From contig DUFK01000014.1 of the NCBI GenBank assembly GCA_013331945.1, positions 9,234 through 51,912 of the forward strand: a DNA stretch of 42,679 bases, written 5' to 3'. Shown here piece by piece: positions 15,108 to 21,942 of this stretch. Within the stretch, counting starts at the first letter, position 1. The number at the start of each line of letters is the position of its first letter. The notes under the pieces are model-generated. The model was not told where the DNA came from and did no database searches. It was given only the letters and a program-made list of their open reading frames with translations. A program made the translations under genes and the position numbers. This DNA comes from Nanobdellota archaeon (GTDB lineage Archaea > Nanobdellota > Nanobdellia > Pacearchaeales > UBA12030).

Positions 15108-16613
15108 TTATCCTGTGACTTTTTCCCTTTCTGATTCTTCCAGGACAGTGAGCGGAAGCTCATAGACAGATTCAAATTGGAATTCTGCGCTTGCGCGCAC
15201 AACTGATTTCTCCGGTGCCAGCCTTGAGGGATCAAGGCCTCCAATCTGCAATGTGCACTGAATATCTATTGGAACATCTTTTAATCTCAGGATTCTAGTC
15301 GCCGTGTCCAGCTTGCTCGAACTTAGCGAGTAAGAATCAAAGCCCTCATCAAGCTCGCATGGCTGGGTAAATCGCACCGTCTTGCTCTTCGGATCTTCAA
15401 GAGTCAAGCTTTTGATCGATGTGATATTTCCATTAATGTCCTGCTCTCTCAAGACTACAGAGAATGGCCAGCTCCCCTCAAATAATGGCTGGTCATTGTC
15501 GCTTCCGATAGAAACCTTCAGTGGAGATTCATACTTCATCTTGCTCAGAACTGTCCTTCCCCGCAAATTCTCCTGGATGCCAGAGAAAGGATCTTCTTTG
15601 AGCGCGAGTGCATCTTCGTGCATAGTGTAGATGTTCCATTCTGTTTTTGTGACAATATCCCTCAATAAGCGTAATTCAAAATCATGAGATTCGACCTCTT
15701 TCTTTATATCCCCAGTTACTTCTTCTCCAACGGAATTTTCCTGTGAGATTTTCAGTCCTCCCTTTTTCCTGCATATCACAGAAGCTCTCTGCTCGATAGA
15801 ACTTTTTCCGAAGGTGAGAACTCCGCCCCGGATTAATGGAGAGGATAATATCTCCATTTCCTCGTCATCTGCAACACATCGCGGCTCTATGATATACTCC
15901 TCATCAAAAGGATTTGTAACAACGACGGCCGCCTTGACAATCACATCTTCCCCTTCAAAGAACACAGACTTTGATTCTGAAAAATCAACCCGAACCTGCA
16001 CTTCCTCCTTCTTGTTTTCTGTAACGCTTGGCTCGCTCCAGTCGTAGAATGGCTTGAAGAAGCATTCGACAGGATCAAGCATGCAACGCATTCCCTTCTG
16101 AATTCCAATTGTGACCCTGTCAAGATTAAATCCAAGGGGGCCTAGGAAGACCTCAAATGCTCCAGCTCTCCACCAGATGAAGGCAAGGGTTGCGACTAGG
16201 CCGATTCCTATGAAGACTATGACTGTTGTCTGCGTCTCAGGTGCAAGAAGAGAGAAGATAAAACCGAAAGCGGCTCCAGCAATCCCACCGATTATCATCC
16301 CTCCAAGTCCTCCCGAGAAAGAGTATCCGATGAAAGCTCCAACGCCGACAAAGATTCCTGCGAAAGTAATAGTCCTTATCGCTTTTTGAGACTTAGAAGA
16401 AGGCTCTGTGGTTATAATCAGGAACAAAATTCCAAGACCAGCGCCTATCACTAGCCCCATCACAGCGCCAGCAAGAATTCCGAAAACTCCCGAAAATCCG
16501 AAAATCACAATCCCTGTAATTCCGAAAAGGACTGCGAAAATCGCCGCGAATATTATTCCGCCGAATATCGCTGCTCCGAGCAAAGTCCCTTTTAAACTTG
16601 AAGCGTCAGCCAT
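15108..16613 (-). CDS. membrane protein with a Gly-rich multi-TM N-terminal region and a large ectodomain related to the two lipoprotein-like paralogues
   Basis: 501 aa. The first ~165 aa form about 5 TM helices full of small-residue (GxxxG/A-type) spacings. The C-terminal ~330 aa are beta-rich and end ...RASAEFQFESVYELPLTV, compare IRFRLRYKYVETSEATLKV and LRIKLDYTVEAVKTHTLFV. Confidence 0.7.
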   Translation of the reverse strand: MADASSLKGTLLGAAIFGGIIFAAIFAVLFGITGIVIFGFSGVFGILAGAVMGLVIGAGLGILFLIITTEPSSKSQKAIRTITFAGIFVGVGAFIGYSFSGGLGGMIIGGIAGAAFGFIFSLLAPETQTTVIVFIGIGLVATLAFIWWRAGAFEVFLGPLGFNLDRVTIGIQKGMRCMLDPVECFFKPFYDWSEPSVTENKKEEVQVRVDFSESKSVFFEGEDVIVKAAVVVTNPFDEEYIIEPRCVADDEEMEILSSPLIRGGVLTFGKSSIEQRASVICRKKGGLKISQENSVGEEVTGDIKKEVESHDFELRLLRDIVTKTEWNIYTMHEDALALKEDPFSGIQENLRGRTVLSKMKYESPLKVSIGSDNDQPLFEGSWPFSVVLREQDINGNITSIKSLTLEDPKSKTVRFTQPCELDEGFDSYSLSSSKLDTATRILRLKDVPIDIQCTLQIGGLDPSRLAPEKSVVRASAEFQFESVYELPLTVLEESEREKVTG

Positions 16614-16656
16614 TTTTCAACACATTTGTTTTAGGCCAAAGGTTAAGATTACGAAA

Positions 16657-17103
16657 TCACTCGACCTCTAGCTCGCCTTCCATCCCGGCTTCCTTATGGC
16701 CTTGAACAGAGCAGTAGAAAGTAAATGTCCCTCTTTTATTAGCGATAAATGTGATAGTATCCTTCTCTCCAGGTTCTATAGTGTCTGTCCTTACATTAAA
16801 AGAGGGGATACCAAAGTTATGTGAAATATCTCCATTATTCTTGAACGTTACGATGAGCTTGTCTCCTTTCTCCACAGTTATCCTGTCTGGATCAAAAGAG
16901 AACTCAGTGGCTTCAACAGTCACCCTTATGGTTTCGCCAGTGAAATCTTCATCTGTAGATCTATCTGAAGAAGTATTCAGGAGTCTTTCCCTATCCTCTA
17001 AAGGAAGCGAGATTATATAGATAAGAATGAACACAAGCATGACAATAATCAGGACAGCTACAGGGATTGTCGATTGCCCTCTTTTCACTAATATGTTTCC
17101 CAT
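16657..17103 (-). CDS. cupredoxin-domain protein with class III (type IV pilin-like) signal peptide
   Basis: Trimmed to the ATG at 17101-17103: MGNILVKRG/QSTIPVAVLIIVMLVFILIYII. The C-terminus has type 1 copper ligands: ISHNF ... FTFYCSVQGHKEAGMEGELEV (H, C, H, M). A TATA lies about 30 nt upstream. Confidence 0.75.
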   Translation of the reverse strand: MGNILVKRGQSTIPVAVLIIVMLVFILIYIISLPLEDRERLLNTSSDRSTDEDFTGETIRVTVEATEFSFDPDRITVEKGDKLIVTFKNNGDISHNFGIPSFNVRTDTIEPGEKDTITFIANKRGTFTFYCSVQGHKEAGMEGELEVE

Positions 17104-17131
17104 TATTTCTGGCTTTGAAAGCCCAAATGCA

Positions 17132-17142
17132 TTTATAAATTT
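17132..17142 (-). promoter_or_regulatory. TATA box (minus aaatttataaa) for the cupredoxin-pilin gene
   Basis: Lies 29-39 nt upstream of the ATG at 17103. Confidence 0.5.
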
Positions 17143-17236
17143 TTTTGAGAGCAAAATAAGGCAAAGTATAAAAGTGCCCCCCGCTAGAGTAAGGAAAAGA
17201 GGTCAGAAGGTCTAAAAGGCCAAGAAGGAAGAGTAA

Positions 17237-18115
17237 ATGTTGGGGTGGTTTTTGCTTACAATCGCATTTATCTGGATACTTGGAGCTACAGTTACAGACC
17301 TGAAAAAGAGAGAAGTTCCTGACTGGCTAAGTATTTCCCTTGTTGCCATAGCCCTTGTTGCAAGGATGATTTACTCCCTTCTTGAGAAAGATATCTCCTT
17401 CTTCCTTCAGGGGGCGCTTTTCTTTGCCATTTTCTTTGCACTGGCAAATTTATTCTACTATGCGAGGATCTTTGCGGGAGGAGATGCAAAACTTTTGATG
17501 GGCCTTGGCGCGATTCTTGCAGCTCCGCCAGTGCTTCCTTTCTCCCAAGGCACAAGTGCTGTAATCTCAATTCCTATGCCATTCGTATTCATCCTTAATC
17601 TACTCATCGTGGGGTCTTTGTATGGATTGCTTTTCACTACTGTAGTTGCCATCAAGAACAGGAAAAGATTTTTCCCAGAATTTGTGAAGAAGTGCGGGAA
17701 GGTAAGAATATTCTTCTTGCCGGTAGCGGCTCTTGTTATAGTGGTTGCCATACTCACTATCTTCACAAAAAGTTACTTCCTTCTGCCGTTCGCGGTACTC
17801 GCGCTACTCTTTCCATTCATCCACTCCGCAATAAAAGCCCTCGAGGAAGTCGGGATGGTTTCCCTAGTGCACCCGAAAGATCTCGCTCTCGGAGACTGGC
17901 TCGCTCGAGAAGTGCGTGCAGGAGGAAAAGTGGTAAAGCCAACATGGGAAGGCCTGAGCAAAAAAGAGCTTGAGTTTCTGCAGAGGGCAAAGAAAAAAGT
18001 TCTTGTAAAGTATGGGATTCCATTCGTGCCTGCCTTTTTGCTCACTCTTTTGGCTACAATACTCTTAGGAAATCTCTTTGAATTCCTGATTAGAATAATT
18101 ATGCCCTTCTCCTAA
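17237..18115 (+). CDS. A24-family prepilin/preflagellin peptidase (PibD/FlaK-like)
   Basis: 292 aa, polytopic. First catalytic Asp region is GATVTDLKKREVPDWL; the second is RIFAGGDAKLLMGLG. Confidence 0.85.
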   Translation: MLGWFLLTIAFIWILGATVTDLKKREVPDWLSISLVAIALVARMIYSLLEKDISFFLQGALFFAIFFALANLFYYARIFAGGDAKLLMGLGAILAAPPVLPFSQGTSAVISIPMPFVFILNLLIVGSLYGLLFTTVVAIKNRKRFFPEFVKKCGKVRIFFLPVAALVIVVAILTIFTKSYFLLPFAVLALLFPFIHSAIKALEEVGMVSLVHPKDLALGDWLAREVRAGGKVVKPTWEGLSKKELEFLQRAKKKVLVKYGIPFVPAFLLTLLATILLGNLFEFLIRIIMPFS

Positions 18116-18713
18116 ATTTCAGGGCACGCTCAATCTCTCGCGAGGAGTCGCTTTGTGCCTGTGCTTCTTCCTTGTACGATTTCTTCTTCTCACCCATCTC
18201 CTTTTCAAGACTCGTCTTAAGCATGGCGGCAATCTTCTTCAACTCTTCCTGATTTGCTTTTTTCGCGTCCCAATCGAAAGAAAGCCCATCCTTATCAAAG
18301 CGGGGAATCAAATGCAGGACAAAGTGGGGCATTTTCTGTCCGGCTGTTGCACCGTTTGCCACATACAAGTTGAAGCCTCCTGCCTTCAGCACATTCACCA
18401 AATAGATGGAGAGAGAACTTGCCGTCGAGAATATCTTCTCTCGCGTCTCCGGTGAAATCTGGAAGAGAAACTGAAAATGTTTTTTTGGGAAGATGAGGGT
18501 ATGCCCAGGCACTGCTGGATTTATATCGAGTGCAACAATAATCTCAGAATCCTCGAATACTTTTATCGTCTCGATGCTTCCCTTCGAGATTTGACAGAAG
18601 ATGCATTGCTTCTCGATCAACTCAAGCTTTTTATCAGGAGGAAGTTCTGCAAATCTCTTCAGTTGTGCTATCTGCTCCTCTGAAAGCTCCTCTTTAAGCT
18701 CTTTTTTGACCAT
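18099..18713 (-). CDS. HIT (histidine triad) family hydrolase with N- and C-terminal extensions
   Basis: 204 aa. Motifs CIFCQI..G, NPAVPGHTLIFPKKH and the triad region MPHFVLHLIPR. Its 3' end overlaps the peptidase gene by 17 nt (convergent). Confidence 0.8.
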   Translation of the reverse strand: MVKKELKEELSEEQIAQLKRFAELPPDKKLELIEKQCIFCQISKGSIETIKVFEDSEIIVALDINPAVPGHTLIFPKKHFQFLFQISPETREKIFSTASSLSIYLVNVLKAGGFNLYVANGATAGQKMPHFVLHLIPRFDKDGLSFDWDAKKANQEELKKIAAMLKTSLEKEMGEKKKSYKEEAQAQSDSSREIERALKFRRRA

Positions 18714-18836
18714 CGCTAATTTAGGGGGCTGTCATTTAAAAATTCTGCCGGGCGCGTGCGGGGAAAGATTTTTAAATATGATTCATCTAAAAGTAGTAAC
18801 AATATCTGGGTTATCCGAGATTATTTGAAGCAACAG

Positions 18837-19364
18837 ATGAAATTAAACACAATACTCTTATCAGCCGCTATAACTAATTCTGCTAATGTGAGCTCTCCGC
18901 AAAAACACTTGGAGGAGATGATCTCCCCATCCAGCGTATCTCAGAATTTTGTGATAGAGTGGGGGAGAACGAGCAATGATGCGATTAGGGCATCTGAGAT
19001 GAAGGGAGGAAAAATAAGAAGGTATGGGGGAACGAATAATTATGAAATAGAGCTTCCGGCATTCAGAAGAGGAAATTCAGTAACTGCATCTGCTCCATAT
19101 GAAAAAGAGAGGGGGGAAGAACAGCTCTATGCGCTCGAAGTAGATTATCGAAGGGGAGAGAAAACATGCCAGTGGAGAAGCATCCAGCCACTGAAGTGGA
19201 ATGATATCCCAATAGAGGCACTGGATAAGAATTCAAAGATAAAGATGATGAGAGTTAATTATGCTGGAAAAATTGGTGGCAAAAGAAACCTAAGGGGAGC
19301 AGATATCTATGTGGCAGATCAAACAGTAAAGAATGTAAGGTTCAAAGTAAAGGGCGATTACTAA
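18837..19364 (+). CDS. hypothetical protein (possible signal peptide MKLNTILLSAAITNSANV)
   Basis: The track ORF starts at a GTG (18756); I trimmed it to the in-frame ATG at 18837. No family recognised. Confidence 0.5.
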   Translation: MKLNTILLSAAITNSANVSSPQKHLEEMISPSSVSQNFVIEWGRTSNDAIRASEMKGGKIRRYGGTNNYEIELPAFRRGNSVTASAPYEKERGEEQLYALEVDYRRGEKTCQWRSIQPLKWNDIPIEALDKNSKIKMMRVNYAGKIGGKRNLRGADIYVADQTVKNVRFKVKGDY

Positions 19365-19376
19365 TTAAATCCGCAC

Positions 19377-20099
19377 TTAGTACCTACATTCCGGTGGAGG
19401 CTCAATCGGGTTTATTTCTCCATCTTTGCAGATCCCAAGTCCTGGATTTCCCCCAGTGATGTCACTGAATAGACTCTTTGACAGATCGAATTGATTGCAG
19501 TTTTTGCAAGATGGGCAAGCATCTGCTACATATCCTGTCGCACATCTCCTCTTTCCATTAACAGTACAACAAGCCTGCACCCATTGATTTCTGCTCTTGC
19601 ACGGAGTTGTGACTGAAGGAGAAGATGAAGGCCAGCAATTAGAGCATGGTTTCCCTCCGGGATTTGGTGCAGCTATGTACTTATCCCCATATTTTTCTCT
19701 GCAGGCTTTCGGTAATTTTTTGTATGTGTCTGAACCTGTAGGTGGCCTGTTATACCAAGAGAAGAATGCGTCATCATTCTCAACACATGTCGGAGGAAGT
19801 GCCCGTTCTATACCAGTGCCTCCACCAGACCCAGATCCTCCGCTTGGAGACCCCCTAGACTTAAGCACAGAAAGGATTTTATCCACACCAACTATCTCCC
19901 CAGTACTTTCTACTCCCGAGAGGAAAAAGAAAACAGTTAGAACGATGAATAAGGCCGCGAAGATCGTTACAAATTTATGCGCAGATGGAGATTTCACAAG
20001 CTTATGCGCTGACCGCGAAGGCCTTGGCACCAAAAGATTCCTCTTTTTCATTTTCGTAGCAAGTAGCAAGATATGAGCTCTATTTAAAAGTTTATCCAA
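19377..20099 (-). CDS. membrane-anchored Cys-rich secreted protein
   Basis: 240 aa. One TM (FVTIFAALFIVLTVFFFL), a Gly/Ser linker, then a ~140-aa domain with about 16 Cys (CSNCW, ACCTVNGKRRC, CPSCKNC). The start is uncertain (20099 or the ATG at 20051). Confidence 0.6.
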   Translation of the reverse strand: MDKLLNRAHILLLATKMKKRNLLVPRPSRSAHKLVKSPSAHKFVTIFAALFIVLTVFFFLSGVESTGEIVGVDKILSVLKSRGSPSGGSGSGGGTGIERALPPTCVENDDAFFSWYNRPPTGSDTYKKLPKACREKYGDKYIAAPNPGGKPCSNCWPSSSPSVTTPCKSRNQWVQACCTVNGKRRCATGYVADACPSCKNCNQFDLSKSLFSDITGGNPGLGICKDGEINPIEPPPECRY

Positions 20100-20358
20100 T
20101 CGCCCTTCTTACATCCACAATTTCTGCAGAGTTTATATCAGACAACGCAGAAAGCTCCTGCTCGAGCACATCAGGACTCTCGTTATCCGGCCAAGTGAAG
20201 ATAAGAAGCAGTGCATTAAGGCCGAATGCGATGGGCTGTATCTCCTCCTTAAGCAGTTTCTGCCCATGCTTCTCGATGATATGCTCTGCATTCTTCTTTA
20301 CCTCACCCAGATCGCTCTGGGGAGATTCAGGCATTATCTTCACTTGTATGAGTAACAT
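20092..20358 (-). CDS. ef1b: elongation factor 1-beta (aEF-1beta)
   Basis: 88 aa. VKIMPESP..DL..VK.....I......L...EIQPIAFGL.AL........VDVRR matches archaeal EF-1beta. Confidence 0.9.
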   Translation of the reverse strand: MLLIQVKIMPESPQSDLGEVKKNAEHIIEKHGQKLLKEEIQPIAFGLNALLLIFTWPDNESPDVLEQELSALSDINSAEIVDVRRAIG

Positions 20359-20367
20359 TCTGTATCT

Positions 20368-20493
20368 CTACTGTTTTGTCTCGTCGTAACCCTTGCCTTC
20401 GTAAACACTCGCTTGACTTTCGCGGCTGTCTGCACGACTTCGCAAGTATCCTCTGAAAACTCTAAGAGCGCTTGTTCTATTGTTGACTTTCAT
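20368..20493 (-). CDS. possible small basic protein (41 aa)
   Basis: Not in the track. Hand translation: MKVNNRTSALRVFRGYLRSRADSRESQASVYEGKGYDETKQ. The ATG lies 1 nt after the Zn-ribbon stop, and its stop lies 9 nt before the ef1b ATG. No family recognised; it could instead be untranslated spacer. Confidence 0.3.
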   Translation of the reverse strand: MKVNNRTSALRVFRGYLRSRADSRESQASVYEGKGYDETKQ

Positions 20494-20494
20494 T

Positions 20495-20671
20495 TTAAGG
20501 TCCTACAAATCCACAATCTCCACATTCATAACTGGAAGAAATCCGTCTGCATTTCAGGCATCTCGCCATCTCTCGCTTAGAGCACTGCGGACAGTGAAAT
20601 GTGACTCCTTGCCTTCCAACCCCCTCTTTACACGAGGCGCAAACAAGTTTTTCTTTATCCAGTTTAATCAT
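20495..20671 (-). CDS. small zinc-finger protein (HVO_2753-like, four CxxC)
   Basis: Trimmed to the ATG at 20669-20671: MIKLDKEKLVCASCKEGVGRQGVTFHCPQCSKREMARCLKCRRISSSYECGDCGFVGP (58 aa). The ending ...RC.KCR....Y.C..CGF.GP and the position upstream of ef1b are typical of this family. Confidence 0.8.
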   Translation of the reverse strand: MIKLDKEKLVCASCKEGVGRQGVTFHCPQCSKREMARCLKCRRISSSYECGDCGFVGP

Positions 20672-20710
20672 AGTGAGAAGTTTTATAACAATCCTTTTAT
20701 AAATCTTTGC

Positions 20711-21235
20711 ATGAAATCCGACATTCAAAAAGCCATCAGAAAAGGATGTATCTTCATCTATCCGACAGATACCATCTATGGAATTGGATGCGATGCCACA
20801 AATTCGCTGGCAGTAAGAAGGATACGCAACCTGAAGAGGAGCAAAAAACCATTTTCCATCATCGCGAGCAAGGAGTGGATAAGGAAGAATTGTGTGCTCG
20901 GGGGACATGAAAGGTTTCTTAGGCTTTTGCCAGGTCCCTATACTTTGATACTGAAACTAAAGCGCGTGGATGCAGTAAGCAAAGAAGTAAATCCAAATGG
21001 GAAGACTATCGGAGTAAGAATCCCAAAACACCCATTTACAAAGGAAATCCTCAAGAGCAAAAGGCCATTCATCACAACATCTGTGAACGAGACCGGCGAG
21101 AGATTCATAACAAGCCCGGGTGAAATCCCTGAAAGATTTAAGAAAGCTGCCACCATCATAGATGCCGGCAAGCTTAGGGGAATGCCATCAAAGATTTATG
21201 ATCTTACTGGTCCTCGGGCGAAGAGAATCAGGTGA
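20711..21235 (+). CDS. tsaC: L-threonylcarbamoyladenylate synthase, YrdC/TsaC-type (short form)
   Basis: Trimmed to the ATG at 20711 (the track ORF used a TTG at 20480 overlapping the Zn-ribbon gene). IFIYPTDTIYGIGCDA, KPFSII, GPYTLIL and ITTSVN match YrdC-domain motifs. Confidence 0.8.
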   Translation: MKSDIQKAIRKGCIFIYPTDTIYGIGCDATNSLAVRRIRNLKRSKKPFSIIASKEWIRKNCVLGGHERFLRLLPGPYTLILKLKRVDAVSKEVNPNGKTIGVRIPKHPFTKEILKSKRPFITTSVNETGERFITSPGEIPERFKKAATIIDAGKLRGMPSKIYDLTGPRAKRIR

Positions 21236-21240
21236 TGCAG

Positions 21241-21362
21241 GCTCCTATGGTGTAACGGATAGCACACAACCTTGCGGAGGACCTTCTTTGCGAAAGAAGC
21301 TCCACCAAGAAAGAAGGGAAAGTGAAAAGGTTGTAATCGGGGTTCGAATCCTCGTGGGGGCA
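21241..21362 (+). tRNA. tRNA-Arg (GCG) with a 50-nt canonical intron (21278-21327)
   Basis: GCTCCTA-TG-GTGT-AACGGATA-GCAC-A-CAACC-TT-GCG-G[50 nt]A-GGTTG-TAAT-CGGGG-TTCGAAT-CCTCG-TGGGGGC-A. Anticodon at 21274-21276. Starts 5 nt after the tsaC stop. Confidence 0.8.
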
Positions 21363-21425
21363 TCACTCCTTAATTTTCAAATAGCCCGACAAAAGATATA
21401 TATATATGATTTCGTAAAAGTTGGT

Positions 21426-21875
21426 ATGGGAATATTTGGACGAAAACGCAAGGAAACAGAAGCGGTGGAACTAACCAAGGCGGAAATAAAAATAATACAA
21501 GATGATATTCAACGTATAGAAATTATAAGTGAGTCTATTCGTATTGCGGATAATTCTTTACAAAGAATGATTTCGCATTATAGTGATAAGGTTGAACCCG
21601 CTATGAGAAGTATTGATTCTATAAGGAAGTCACTAGTAAATGCTGGAACAGAAGTGGAGAAGGCTGGAAAATTATGTAACCATCACCTCAACTTTATAGA
21701 TTACAAAGGAATCAAGCCCCATATGAGAAAAGTAGAGGGTTCGCTCATTAATGCTATTGCAGGACTAGACACAGCAATTGGTATCATGTGGAATGCCATT
21801 CCTAGAGAGGACCTCCAGAAAACTAGAACTAATTTAGTAAATGCGTCTAAAATAGCCGAAAAGTTGTTGAGATGA
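21426..21875 (+). CDS. hypothetical helical protein, N-terminus MGIFGRKRKE (orphan family)
   Basis: 149 aa from the internal ATG. The first 88 codons of track ORF 21162-21875 overlap tRNA-Arg and are rejected. A TATA (atatatatat) lies about 25-30 nt upstream. Confidence 0.65.
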   Translation: MGIFGRKRKETEAVELTKAEIKIIQDDIQRIEIISESIRIADNSLQRMISHYSDKVEPAMRSIDSIRKSLVNAGTEVEKAGKLCNHHLNFIDYKGIKPHMRKVEGSLINAIAGLDTAIGIMWNAIPREDLQKTRTNLVNASKIAEKLLR

Positions 21876-21942
21876 GAGTATAATCGACTTTCTAATTTTT
21901 ATTTAACAGCCTTATAATTTATTTAATTACCTGTTTAGAATT

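Noticed and set aside
20480-20710. TTG-initiated N-terminal extension of the YrdC/TsaC ORF, and the long 137-aa version of the opposite-strand ORF (20495-20908)
   Set aside because: The two extensions overlap each other. Conserved domains begin at the ATG at 20711 (TsaC) and the ATG at 20671 (58-aa zinc-finger protein), leaving a normal 39-nt divergent spacer.
21162-21425. N-terminal 88 codons of track ORF 21162-21875
   Set aside because: They overlap the 3' end of tsaC and the whole tRNA-Arg gene. The internal ATG at 21426 has its own TATA box.
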